Shown here: one piece after another, positions 1 through 12,582 of the stretch
Numbering within the stretch: the first letter of the stretch is position 1
How the letters are laid out: every line of letters starts with the position of its first letter
Origin: Heterodontus francisci
Lineage: Eukaryota
Direction: 5' to 3'
DNA length: 64,000 nt
Assembly (NCBI RefSeq): GCF_036365525.1
Contig: NW_027142032.1
Span: 434,001-498,000 of the forward strand
Notes under the pieces: model-generated
The model's input: the letters and a program-made list of their open reading frames with translations, nothing else
Database searches by the model: none
What the model was told of the DNA's origin: nothing
Position numbers and translations under genes: made by a program

Positions 1-1454
1 TTCGAGTTTGGAAAGCTATTGCAGAAGAGGCTTCCTTGTTCTGACCTCTTAACCTCTCGATCTGCTGCCTTTGATTGACAGAGACAGAAATAAACTCATC
101 CTCGCATACAATAACACAAAGAGACAGATACCTATTGAATCCATCACTTATACAGAATCAGAGACTAATAGTCACAGAATGATTCCAACATTCACATACA
201 GTGCCAAACATTGTCAGTGTCAGAAAGAATCACACACTCAGACATCGCTACTGGAGACTGTCAGATGGAGAATGACACTCACACTGACATACAGTCTCAG
301 ATAGTAAAAAGCACACAGTTAATTTCAGTCATATACTGTAGCAGACAGTGGAAGAAACAGAATGTATCCCACACTCACGCACAGAACTTGAGAGTGTTAC
401 ATACAACATTTATGCGCCAAACATACACTCTGCTGGAGACTGACAGTTAGAGAAATAAACCAACACACACACATACAGTGCAATCGAGTGACAGGGACAG
501 GTTTCCTCCGACCTGTACACAGTGCCAGAGACTGACAGTTCAGAATTAAACCAGCACACACACGTCGTGCCATGAAGTGACACACACAGAAGTAATTCGA
601 CACAGGCATGCAATAGTCGAGACTGACAGATATGGACTCAATCTCACCCCCACGTGTGGGACAGTTGATTTAACACAAAAGTGCAACCAGCGTTGTTGTA
701 AAAAAATGTAATAACAGCTCGTCTCAATTCCTAGAATTTCTTAGTCCCAGCCGTCCAATGGAAGCTGAATAATGTTGTGTCTGTTGTGTCCCTCTCTGAT
801 CTGTAAACTTCGCTGTAACGCAGCGAGTTTGAGAACTGCAACGTAGCAGAGTGAATTTACACAGTCTGTCAGGGTTAAAGAAGCAGGCAATGTGAGAAAA
901 TAGTTTCTGCCTGTATTTTCTGCTCTCACATTGTTTCACATTGATATGCTGAAGAATAAATCAATCGATTGCTAATAAAAACAAAAGATTCCCTTCTTTA
1001 TTTGGCTATTTGTAAATATGCCCTGTTATATTTTACTCTTCAATGAACAGCATTTATGACTGATCTCTCACTTCAGATGAAGAAAACACAAACACACAAA
1101 GAACTGAGCACAACGCTGGGATTTTCACAGTGTTGCTCTTATTGAAGGATGAAACAATCCCTCTGGGAAGGAATGGATATTTAAATAAGGAACGTGAGCA
1201 GCGTAGGGAAAAAGATTCTGAGAGTCAATGAATTTTAGTGAATTCATGTAATTCTATAGGTGTTTCACTATATAGTTCAGGTCAGTTAAGAAATAACAAT
1301 ACAAAGGAGGAAATCTGAATTAAATGTATCGTGATGTGGGAATGAAAGCCACGTGAAGGATTTCCTTCCTTTGCACACGTTATCCATTCCAAAATGTTCA
1401 GGCTCCATTCCAACCTTTGAGCCTCAGAAGGACAGCGATCAATACATGTGAAGC

Positions 1455-1526
1455 TGCGATGGTCAGGAAATGAACTCGATTCAACTGCTTAAAACGACAG
1501 CTATGTTCACCACTATACACCATCGC
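1455..1526 (-). pseudogene. Degenerate tRNA-Gly(TCC)-like gene
   Basis: The minus strand reads GCGATGGTGTATAGTGGTGAACATAGCTGTCGTTTTAAGCAGTTGAATCGAGTTCATTTCCTGACCATCGCA. This is co-linear with vertebrate tRNA-Gly-TCC. The acceptor ends GCGATGG/CCATCGC pair and the A box is recognisable, but the anticodon loop and B box are corrupted. Confidence 0.75.
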
Positions 1527-2109
1527 CTGTCGCAATCAGACATTGTTGTGCTTCTGTTGAGTTCAGGACTGAGCAGCCAAATTTGAGCTTCTGTAACTTG
1601 ATACACACTCAATAGCGAATGTCATAAACATCAGTCTCTTAACAGACTGCTGGATTCCAATTTTATTTGAGCCAAGGATCCATTTCACAGCCCTGGCAGG
1701 TGGATTGTAGCGGTGTGTTACGAGGCTTAGTAGTATGTTTCACAGGAGCTGAAAAGGAAGGGAGACCATTGAGCATTCCTGGGAGAAAATCAACATTTAA
1801 TTCAGGAGCATAAATCAACCGAGAGAGAAATGATTTCAGAAAAACAATGTGCTTCACTGTAGCTGTTCCTTTTTTTCTGTCTCTGATCCAGTTTGATGGC
1901 AGTAAGTAATACTTATCGATAGGAAGGGATACAAATCACAAGGTAATCACTGTGAGGGAATCCCTTCAGTGGGGTGCTGTCTTACCGACAGATTGGTGAC
2001 TTTCCCCTATGTATCGTCACATAGTCGGCGAGTTTTTCAGTGGAAACGTGGGCTGCAGAGAATCGTTAGGAAATAAACTTCCTGATTGCAAAGAAGATTT
2101 ATTCAGTTA

Positions 2110-2353
2110 TTTAGAGATACAGCACTGAAACAGGCCCTTCGGCCCACCGAGTTTGTGCCGACCAACAACCACCCATTTATATTAATCCTACATTTACCTA
2201 TCAACCTGCAAGTCTTCGGCTGTGGGAGGAAACAGGAGCACCCGGCGAAAACCCATGCAGTCACAGGGCGAACTTGCAAACTCTGCACAGGCAGTACCTA
2301 GAACTGAATCCAGGTTGCTGGAGCTGTGAAGCTGCGGCGCTAACCACTGCGCC
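2110..2353 (-). mobile_element. tRNA-derived V-SINE (HE1-like)
   Basis: tRNA-like head (ggcgcagtggttagc), V-domain core (gagtttgcaagtt...gggtgctcc...tttcctcccaca) and 3' tail gggccgaagggcctgtttcagtgctgtatctcta shared with CR1 3' ends. Four more copies occur in the window. Confidence 0.9.
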
Positions 2354-2664
2354 CGAAACCGCAATTTTCGCTGCGAGCATGCTTGTGATGGTGGCAAGCA
2401 TGTAATCGGATTGGGTAACTAAACACAAGACATTGTGACATCACTCCAATTACACCCAGTCATCATGAAAACCGAAATTGGTGGGAATGCTCAGCAGCTC
2501 TGGTAGCAAATGTGGAGAGAGAAACACAGTGAACGTTTCAGGTCGATGACCCTTCCACACCATTGTCCCTGCCCACCATAACTATAGCCTGAGAGTTAAA
2601 GAATGAATCCTACAGTCACTACAGTATCAGAGTCTGCCAGATGCAGATTGAACCAGGCAACCAC

Positions 2665-3745
2665 ATAGAAAAATCAGAGAAAGTTTATGGCACAGAAAGA
2701 GGCTACTTGGCTCATTGTTTCTGCGGCGGCCAAAAAACGAGCCACGCAGCCTAATCCCAACTTCCAGCATTTGGCCCACAGCCCTGCAGGTTACTGCACT
2801 TGAAGTGCATATCCATAGACCTTGTTTAATGATTTGAGGCTTTCTGCCTCTACCACTTTTACAAGCAGTAAATTCCAGACTCCTACTGCCCTCCGGGTGA
2901 AAATAAGCTTTTCTCCTTTACCCACTAATCATTCTACCATCACGTTAACTCTATGCGCCCCAGTCACTGAGGTCTCTGCTAAGGTAAATAGGCCATTATT
3001 AGGCACTCTATCCAAGCCCCTAAGAACTTTGTACATTTCAATCCAATCTCCTCTCATCCTTTTATTTTCCAATGAAAACAACCGCAGCCTAACCAATCCT
3101 TCCTCATACCTGCATTCTTTCCAAACCTGGCAACATCCTCGTAAATCTTGTCTATAATCTGTCTTGTGCAATTACATCCTTTCTGTAATAAGGTGACCAC
3201 AACTGCACACAGTACTCAAGTTGAGGACGAACTAATGACTTATACAGTTCCACCATAACATCCCTGCTCTTATACCCTGTCCCTCGACGAATAAAGGAAA
3301 TGATTCCATATGCCCTCTTAAACACCTTAACAACCCTACCTTCAGGGATCTGTAGACATTAACGTCCTCCACACCTCTCAGTATTTTCCCATTAATTGTG
3401 TATTCCTTTGACTTGTTTCGCCTCCTCAAATGCATCATCTCACACTTCTCTGGGTTAAATTTCATTTGTCATTTTTCAGCCCACCTGACCAGTCTATTGA
3501 TATCTTACTGCAGCCGACAGCTATCCTCCTATCCATCAACCACATGACAAATGTTTGTGCGGTCATTAAACCTCTTGATCATGCCCCATGCACTTATATC
3601 CAAATCGTGAATATATTCCACGAAATGAGGGGCACCTGGTACTGAGCCGTGTGGGGCACCACTGGAAACTATGTTCCAGTCACCAATACACCGGACGACA
3701 ATTACCCTTTGTTTTCAGCCACTGAGTCAATTTTACATCCAGCTT
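2665..3745 (-). mobile_element. CR1 LINE 3' fragment (RT C-terminus and 3' UTR), degenerate
   Basis: Minus-strand ORF pieces MKFNPEKCEMMH and LRLFSLENKRMRGDWIEMYK are typical of CR1 ORF2. Confidence 0.9.
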
Positions 3746-4950
3746 GTTACATCAATGATTTAGACGTGAATATAGGATTTATGATCAGTAAATTTGCAGA
3801 TGACACGAAAAGTGGTGTTGTCATAGTGAGGATGAAAGCCTTAGATTACAAAAGATACACATGGGCTGGTAAGATGGGTGGAGCAGTGACAAATGGAATT
3901 TAATCCTGAGAAGTGTGAGGTGATGCATCTTTGGAGGACTAACAAGGCAAGGGAATATACAATGGGTAGTAGGAGCCGAGAGCGGCACAGTGGCGCAGTG
4001 GTTAGCACCGTAACCGCACAGCTCCAAGGATGCGGGTTCAATTCTGGGTACTGCCCGTGTGGAGTTTGCAAGTTCACCCTATGACCACGTGGGTTTTCGC
4101 CAGGTGGTCCGGTTTCCTCCCACAGCCAAAAGACTTGCAGGTAAATTGCCCTAGTGTAGGTCGGTGGTAGGGAATATGGGGTTACTGCCAGGTTAGTATA
4201 AATGGGTGGTTGTTTGTCGGCACGGACTCGGAGGACCGAAGGGCCTGTTTCAGTGATGTATCTCTTAAAAAGAACTGCAGAGGGACTTGGTGCACTTGTC
4301 TGCAGAAGGCAGCAGCACAGCTCGATAAGATGGTTTGGACGGGACATGGGATACTCGTCTTTATTAGCTGAGGCCGAGCAAATAAAAGTAGGGATGATAT
4401 TCTGGAACTGTGTAAAAAGCTAGTTAAGCCACAGCTGGAGAGCTGTGTATAGTTCTGGTCGTCACACTGTAGGAAGGATGTGATTGCACTGCAGAGGAGA
4501 TTGACGAGGATGTTGCCTGGGCTGGAGCATTTCAGTTACGAAAAGAGACTGCATAGGCTAGGGCTGTTTTCTTTTGCGCAGAGAAGGCTGAGGGGAGACC
4601 TGATTGGGGAATAGAAACTTATAAGGGGGGTAGATAAGAAGAAACGTTTTCCCTTATTGGAGGTGTCGCGAACCAGGGCATAGATTTCAGGTAAGAGGCA
4701 GCTGGTTTGGAGGAGATTTGAGGAAAACATGTTTCACTTAGAGGGTGGTTGGAATCTGGAACTCACTGCCTGAAGGGGATTTAGAGGCAAGAACCCTCCA
4801 AAATTGAAGTACTCAGATGAGCATTTGAGACGCCATCACATACAAGGCTAAGGGTAAAGTGCTGGAAAAAGGGATTAGAATAGATAGGTGCTTGATGGCT
4901 GACACAGACAAGATGGGCCAAAGGGTCTGTTTCTGTGTTGTATAACTCTA
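3746..4950 (+). mobile_element. CR1 LINE 3' fragment, interrupted by a V-SINE
   Basis: YINDLD...ISKFADDTK and MEFNPEKCEVMH motifs; CR1 3' tail gatgggccaaagggtctgtttctgtg. Confidence 0.9.
3982..4266 (+). mobile_element. V-SINE (HE1-like) nested in CR1
   Basis: gcggcacagtggcgcagtggttagcacc head, V core and CR1-like tail. Confidence 0.9.
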
Positions 4951-4954
4951 TGAC

Positions 4955-5820
4955 GATTGGTCCAGCTCATTCCCAAGAACCAGGTCTAGCAGTGCCTCAT
5001 TTGTTGTTGGCCTCGCAATATACTGTTGTGGACAGTTTTCCTGAACACACTCTGGAACTCTTGCACCTCACTGCCCTTTATATTACTATCATCCCAGTCG
5101 ATATTTGGATAATTAAATTCTCCCATTAAAACTACCCTACAATTTTTTCAGCTCTCTTAAATTTCGCTGCAAATGTGTTCCTCCACGTCCTTGCCAATAC
5201 CTGGTGGCCTATAGACAACACCGAGCAATGTAACTGCACATTTCTTGTTCCTTAGCTCTAGCCAAATTGATTATGCCCTCGACCTCTCTGGGAGATCCTT
5301 TATCTCCAGCACTGCAATGCTCTCCTTAATCACTACAGCTACCCCTCCCCCTTTTTCCCATTCCTATTTTTCCTGAATACCTTTTATCAAGGAATATTTA
5401 ACGATCAACCCTGCCCCTCTTTGAGCCAGGTTCTGTTATAGCCTCAACATCATATTTCCACGTGGCAATTTGCGCCTGTACCTCACCAAGCATGTTAAAC
5501 AGACTATGTGCATTCATATACATGCACATTAACCCCGATTCAGACTTTATTACTTTTCCCTTACTCTGACCCCACACAACTCCCTACTCTCGTGCTATCT
5601 ATCTCTTCAAATTTTCTGTGTACCTTGGTATTCCTCTCTAATACCTGTTCATGGTTCCCACACTCCTGACTAGTTACCAGATTTGCTTCCCTTCGGTCTG
5701 AACTCACTGTCAGGTTCTCACCCCCCTGACAATTTAGTTTAAACCGTCCCCAAACGCCCTAGCAAATCTCCATGTGAGGATATTCAACCAATTCTGCGAA
5801 GATGCAACCCGTCCATCATT
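4955..5820 (-). mobile_element. CR1 LINE endonuclease-region fragment, degenerate
   Basis: The minus strand matches the APE endonuclease region of other CR1 copies here (ggagaatttaattatccaaatatcgactggg, a GDFNxPxIDW-like motif). Confidence 0.75.
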
Positions 5821-5922
5821 TACATCAGAGTCAAAGTTGCTGATGTGATGTGTTCATTCAGGTGAGTGTAACTAATATCAATGATCAAGGGTATAAACGT
5901 GTCAGTGGAGACTTATCCATTG

Positions 5923-5928
5923 TATAAA
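5923..5928 (+). promoter_or_regulatory. Candidate TATA box of the GPCR gene
   Basis: TATAAA about 90 nt upstream of the exon-1 ATG at 6014; a second TATAAA lies at 5892. Confidence 0.35.
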
Positions 5929-6013
5929 TCAGGACGCATTGGAATGGATCAGCTCCGAGTGCCTGCTGGAGCTGCGGGTTCCAGGCTAGCAGAACTCTCT
6001 GTTTCTCACAGAA

Positions 6014-6083
6014 ATGGGATATCCAGTACTCTATCAGATAGAAGACATTTATTATCCTGTACTTGCAGCAACCGGAGTCCCTG
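6014..6083 (+). CDS. GPR139-like GPCR, coding exon 1
   Basis: Encodes MGYPVLYQIEDIYYPVLAATGVP plus 1 nt, then a GT donor (gtaaac). The phase-1 junction joins in frame to the acceptor at 10317 and supplies the N-terminus and start of TM1. Confidence 0.8.
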
Positions 6084-7409
6084 GTAAACCAATATGTCAG
6101 CTCTTAATGGTGTAACTCAATATTAACTGTGCTTCGCAGCTCGTTGTTATTTCCCACTGTGTGTTTTAAACAGCTGCCTGTTCTTCTCCAGCAATTTACT
6201 GATGGCAGCTCCTCACTGTCTCCTCTTTCAGTATTGCAGGAGTTCTGTTATGTCTTGAATGGTATTGGTTTAAGTACTCCTGGCATTGTTACTGGATTAT
6301 TTTGTGCATTGAATGTATTTGAATGGGATGTCTCGGTTAGGATCAAGGATCAGACCATCATGAGCTTTTAACAGTTTTTTGATGTGGATCGAACCTGCCT
6401 TGGAATATTTTTATGACTTTTTTTTTTCAGTGATTGCGAACGAGACATCTCACAGTCTCAGTGTTACAAGGGGACAGCACAATGTCCTCCTCCCCAATAA
6501 CATCGTTCCAATTAACTGGGATTTCATGTATTTATTGGTCATCACTGCTATAAAATATTATTTCATTCTGTTTGCGTCTGACGCTGTTCAGAGGTCTGGC
6601 GACTGAACTGAGTTTGCTGCTGACACTTTCACATCTCTTTCTCTGCTTCACAGTGTAACCTTCACAGCTACTGCACGACATTGTAAAATAGAGAGTATTG
6701 ATGTGATGCTTTATTGGTTTTCACTCGATTACCTGGAATCAAGAGTCTCCCATATATCTATGTATTGTCAGCTGCAGCGCTGATGTTGGTGTTTTATTAA
6801 TGAAACAATCCCACATTTTAACAGTGTACTTTATAATTCCACGAGAAGGAATGATTGTGAGGTTTGTCTGGAAGAAGGTAAACATTGATTGTTTAATCAA
6901 TGCATTGTAGATGAACTGCAGAGTGTAGGTGAACAGGTGGAGACTTCGGTCTTGGGTGAACAAACTGACTCTGACAATAGAGCCATTGGACGCCGGCCTG
7001 TTGAACAGAATAGAGGCGCTGACTGTTAGGAATAAATTGGATGTGAAAGGTGGCATAAAGTAACAGTATGCAGGGCGTGAGTACTCCAGAGAGATAGGGA
7101 AGGAGATATGAGCACGGAGAACGAAACCGAGGGGAAGAGATAAGCAAATGTAAAGAGAGAGAAGCAGCAGTGTGAATAATTCACCATCATAAAGTGCTGG
7201 AATGTCCAGAACAATTAGTGAGAGACACTGTGAGTTGAAGTTATCCGTTGTCAGATTGCGTTCATTGTCATTTTGGAGTTGATCCTTTGTATTTATTTCC
7301 GTCAGGTCCTCGTTTTCTTTTGTAGAAAGTTCCTATTCCTTATTTACGAACCGAATAAACATAACAGAATCAGTTATTCACTGATGATAACTCGCCCTTG
7401 AAACGGCAA

Positions 7410-9358
7410 GGAGGTGGTGGTGTGGTGGCATTGTCACTGTACTAATAACCCAAACACCCAGGGTATTCTTCTGGGCGATGACCATAAAATCATTGTCGAT
7501 TGCTGTAAAAAACCCATCTGGTTCACTAATGTCCTTCAGGGAAGGAAATTTGCTGTCCTTACCTGGTCTGGCCTACATGTAACACCAGATGCAGAGCAAT
7601 GTGGTTGACTCTTACATGCCCTCTGAAATGGCCTGGCAAGCAACTCAGTTGTATCTAACCGCTACGAAGTCAATAAAAAGGAATGAAACCGGACGGACCA
7701 CCCGGCATCGTCCTACGCACTGGAAACGACAACGGCAAACCCATCCCTGTTGACCCTGCAAAGTCCTCCTTACTAACATCTGGGGGCTTGTGCCAAAGTT
7801 GGGAGAGCTGTCCCACAGACTAGTTAAGCAACAGCCTGACATAGTCATACTCAAGGAATCATACCTGCTCCAGTACAGCTACAACACTGGCATCTACCCT
7901 GAAATGTGGACAACTGCCCAAGTATGTCCTGGACACAAAATCAGGACAAGTCCAACTCAACCAACTACCACCCCATCGACCTACTCTCAATCATCAGTCA
8001 AGTGATGGAAGGTGTCATCAACAGTGTCATGAAGCGGCACTTGTTCGTCATAACCTGCTGAGTGACGCTCAGTTTGTGTTCGGCTAGGGCTACTCAGCTC
8101 GTGACCTCACTACAGCTTTGGGTCAATCATGGACAAAAGAGCTCAACTCAAGAGGTGATCTGAGAATGACTGCCCTTGACATCAAGGCAACATTTGACCG
8201 AGTATGGCATAAAGGAGCCCTAGCAAAACTGAGGTCAATTGGAATCAGGGAGAAATCCACCCGCCCTGTTGGAGTCATACCTAGCACAAAGGAAGTTGGT
8301 TGTTGGAGGTCAACCATCTGAGCTCCAGAACATCTCTGCAGGAGCTCCTCAGGGTAGTGTCCGAGGCCCAAACATCTTCAGCTGCTTTATCAATAACCTT
8401 CCTTCAATCATTAGGTCAAAACTGGGATGTTCGCTGATGACTGCACAATCTTCAGCACAATTCATGACTCCTTAGATACTGAAGCAGTCCGTGTAGAAAT
8501 GTAGCAAGACTTGGACAGTATCCAGGCTTGGGCTGATAAGTGGCAACTCCCATTCGCGCCACACAAGTGCCAAGCAATGGCTATCTCCAACAAGAGACAA
8601 ACTAGCCATCTCTCCTTGACATTCAATAGCATTACCTTCGCTGAATCCTCCTCCCGCCCCCCAACTATCAACATCCTAGGGGCTACCATTAACCAGAAAC
8701 TCAACTGGAGTAGCCATATAAATACCGTGGCTACAAAAGGATGTCAGTGGCTAAGAATCCTGCGGCGAGTAACTCACCTCCTGACTCCCCAAAGCCTGTC
8801 CACCATCTACAAGGCACAAGTCAGGAGTGTGATGGAATACTCTCCACTTGCCTGGATGGATGCCGCTCCAACCACACTCAAGAAGCTCGATACCATCCAG
8901 GACAAAGCAGCCCATCTAGTGATGATCAAGTGATTGGCACCCCATCTACAAAGATTCACTCCCTCCACCACCGACACACAGTGGCCGCTGTGTGTACCAT
9001 CTACAAGATGCACTGCAGCAACGCACCAAGGCCTCCTTAGACATCCTACCTTCCAAACCCGCGATCTCTACCAACTCGAAGGACAAGGGAAACAAATGCA
9101 TGGGAACACCACCACCTGCTAGTTCCCCTCCCAGTCACACATCGGCCCTATTTGGAACTATATCACCGTTTCTTCATTGTAGCTGCCCCATAATCCTGGA
9201 ACCTTCCTAACAGCACTGTGAGTGTAGCTAACCCAGATGGACTGCAGCGGTTCAAGAAGGCAGCTCACCACCACCTTCTCAAGGGCCATTAGAGATGAAC
9301 AATAAATGCTGGCCTGGCCTGGCCAGCGACGCCCGCATCTCATGCTTGAATCAAAATA
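7410..9358 (+). mobile_element. L2/CR1-clade LINE (second family), internally deleted, with SINE-like 5' end
   Basis: Endonuclease N-terminus (NIWGLVPKLGELSHRLVKQQPDIVIL). RT motifs ALDIKATFDRVWH, GAPQGSV and IQAWADKWQLPFAPHKC. 3' tail caccaccttctcaaggg...aataaatgctggcc. Frameshifted. Confidence 0.85.
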
Positions 9359-10316
9359 ACATGTAAAAAAATCTGCTTTTTAAAATATCTGTGACTGCTG
9401 ATTTCAATAAACAGCAAGGCTGATATCAGAAATATGCTTAAATTTGTATTTAATTGCCCGGACGATCTAAATGTTTTTACTAAATGTTTATAACCACTGA
9501 ACTGTTCTCCAACACCAGCAACTACAGAGAATATTGTTGAATGTATTAATTGAGTTGTATTACTGGGATCGATAAATTCGATTTCCTCTGACAGTCTGCC
9601 TCGGTTTCTCCCTTTGAATCTCAGCCTCTCCTCTCACTGTATTGAATCCTTAGGAGCTTCATCCATTGCTTCAGTTTATCCACTTTCCCAAACCATCTGC
9701 TCCTGTTTCCCCTCCAGCTCCAACATCACCTTTTCCTTCACTCCCTCCCAATCTCACTCACAGGCTCCACCTCCAGCTGCCTCGTCCAAGCTGATAGGTA
9801 TACAGGAACATAGGAGCAGGAGGAGGCCATTCAGCCCTTCAGGCCTGCTTCGCCATTCTAGATCATGGCTGATACTCAAATACAGTTTTCAGCCCTTTCC
9901 CCATTGGTAACAGTCCCTGTCGGTTCTCTGAACCCAGAGCAACAACCAGCTGCACATCCCACTCTCCACAAGCATTCCCTACCAACAACCTGGAGAGGCA
10001 AACTCCCATTTAACCCATTGGATTCCATCTCTGTAAAACCCCTTCTCATTTCCCAACTGGCACTGCATCCTCTCTCAGTACTTCCAATAGATCCGGTGCT
10101 GACTTTATTCACTTTCTGTATCAATTTCCCAATTCGTTATTAATAATTGTGTTTTCAAACATTTCACTGTGGCAAAACACTGCCCAGATCAATGAATCAA
10201 TTTTCACAGTTCAATGCAGCAAGAAAGCTACAAATTTCAGCCCAGATCCTATCAAATTTCTGCTTTACCTCCAGCTCGATCAGTAATTTCTCTCCTTCCT
10301 TTTCTCTCTCTTACAG

Positions 10317-11221
10317 TTATTTTGGTGGCGATTGTGATCCTGGCCAGAGGAAAGTGCGGTCTCTCCAAATGTATCACTGTCCACCTGGTGGGAATGGCAG
10401 TGTCTGATCTCCTGGCCGTTATCACTGAACCCATATTGAGTTGGATTGTTTCACTTTATTTCTCAGATTCATTCCTGAGAATTACTCCTTTGTGTATTCT
10501 CACTGCCGTTCTGCTTTCTGCAGCCACAGGTGTTTCTGTGTGGCTGACAGTCGCTTTCACCTTTGATCGATTTGTGGCCATTTGTTGTGAGAAGCTGCAA
10601 AGAAAATATTGCACTGAGAAAACGGCGGCTGTGGTTGTGGGAACAGTGAGTGTGCTGGGCTGTTTAAGGTCAGTCCCCTGGGCACTTACATTTAAACCAA
10701 AGTACATTATTGATAATGTTCCCCTACGTTGTGTCCATAAGCCTAGCTACTATACTTCCCCTATATGGGGGGCATTTGAATTGTTTCACCTCATTTTAAC
10801 GCCCTGTGTCCCGTTCTTTCTGATTTTGCTGCTCAATGTTCTGACGGTCAGACGTATTTTATTAGCAAGTGAAGTCCGCAGGGGATTCCCGGGCCACAGC
10901 AACGGAGAGAATCACAAGGACCCAGAGATGGAGAATCGCAGAAAATCAATTATTCTACTCTTCAGTATATCCGACAGTTTTATACTGTTATGGGTGGCCT
11001 GGGTTGTGTATAACATTTATAGGCGAATTGCAGATATTCAGTATTATTACTCCACCACTGACCCTCGCTATATCACAGAACACACATCAAAGATGCTGCA
11101 GCTTCTCAGTACTTGCACCAATACCTGTATTTACACTGTGACCCAGACTAAATTCAGACAGGAGCTGAAGAAAGCGGTGAAATACCCTTTCAATCTCATT
11201 GTTAAACGAGTGAAATCATAG
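10317..11221 (+). CDS. GPR139-like class A GPCR, coding exon 2 (spliced product about 324 aa)
   Basis: Polypyrimidine tract and acceptor ttacag at 10316. Open frame with hydrophobic TM segments, MAVSDLL (TM2), FTFDRFVAIC (DRY-like), PCVPFFLILLLN (TM5) and TCTNTCIY..TQTKFRQEL (TM7/H8). These resemble the expanded 'probable GPR139' family of cartilaginous fishes. Confidence 0.9.
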
Positions 11222-12582
11222 AAAGAGCTGAAGGGTTTCGAACATTGGAACTAAATTCCATTGCATGTTCCATTCTTTACACTCCACACAGGACAAAAAT
11301 ACATTTTATATTCACAGCACTGAGCACTGAAATGCTTTTCAATCTGATTCTGAGATTATATTTTATTGATAATCTGACCTATTGATGCGGGACTTGTTCT
11401 GCAGAAGATTGAATTTATTTAATTTTGATTTTTTTTTAGTTTAATTTAATAAGATTCATGAATTGTTTCTCAAAAGTGCGGCATTGAAAAACTCATAAAG
11501 ATTCAACTAAACACACCCTGGACCCAGAGTTAATTGGACAAAGCTGCAAATCACAGTGATTGTGAGTAATGACCTGCTCGACTATAAAATTGAATCCCGA
11601 GCTGGGCCCGTCCTGACCACATCCACCCGAACCCGACCCGGCCCAATCCCTTTAATTTCACCTGCATCCGACCAGACTCAACTATCCTAATGAAGTTAAA
11701 GTTATCATAAAGGTTATTGTGCTCAACCTTGTCCAAATGTTGGATCTGGTTCATCCGTTCTCGCAGCAGGCTATTCCTGCAGATGGAGTTGTGGGGAATC
11801 TGGTCCTGATCCTGTCACCAGGAATCAATGCCCCCACCCCACCCCACCGAACACCCCGCCATCATACTTTTGCACACGAGCACGTTGTGTCCGATTTCAT
11901 TGGATAATGATCAGGGGTAGAAACTTAGGGATTTTATTACCCCCTCCCTTTTTCAGTTCACACAATTTTCGGAGTGTTGGTGGGATGTAGAGATTTGGAG
12001 CGGCGGCGGGGGTGGGGGCGAGGAGGAGGCGGGGCGGGGCGGGGGGATGCAAGGCCATGACGATTTGAACATGAGCAACACAGATGCCAATGATCATTTC
12101 CTTTCTGCTCTTCCTAAGCTCAGTGAATTCAATTCAGAGAGATTGGACTGGAAGCAAAACGTCAGTGAAAGGAAAGATTGATTGATTGGAAAAATGGCAG
12201 ATCAGATAGCAGGCTTTCCCAGTGCTGTTTTATTGTTCATGCACAGTACTGCAGATTCCCGGTGCTGTCTGATCATTCGTCTTATTTAATTAGGAGAGCG
12301 AAGAGGGGGCATGAAAACTCATTGGCAGACAAGATGAAGGAAATTCCCAAGGCGTTTTACAAGTATGTTAGAGGGAAGAGAATAACCAGGGAAAAAGTGG
12401 GGCCCATGAGGGGTCAAAGAGGCAATCTGTGAGTGGAGCCAGCGGCCATAGGTGAGGTTTTGAAACATTACTTTTCATCTGTGTTCACCATGGAGGGTGA
12501 CGATGTAGGTGAAGTGATCAGAGAAGGGGATTGTGATATACTTGAACATATTAGCATTGTAAAGGAGTAGCTATATAAGTAC

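Noticed and set aside
70-640. Recurrent gagactgacag units in CA-rich sequence, superficially repeat-spacer-like
   Set aside because: Irregular spacing, degenerate units and vertebrate context indicate a decayed simple repeat or minisatellite, not a CRISPR array.
1955-2010. NF-kB-like GGGAATCCC and GACTTTCCCC motifs
   Set aside because: Short motifs with no linked gene start or paralogous conservation; expected by chance.
2665-4950. Divergent CR1 fragments meeting at ~3745, suggesting twin-priming inversion
   Set aside because: Both arms contain the same RT C-terminal region and their own 3' tails, so they are two separate insertions.
10214-10316. N-terminal part of the 335-aa GPCR ORF
   Set aside because: It contains the polypyrimidine tract and acceptor. 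A better in-frame exon 1 exists at 6014-6083.
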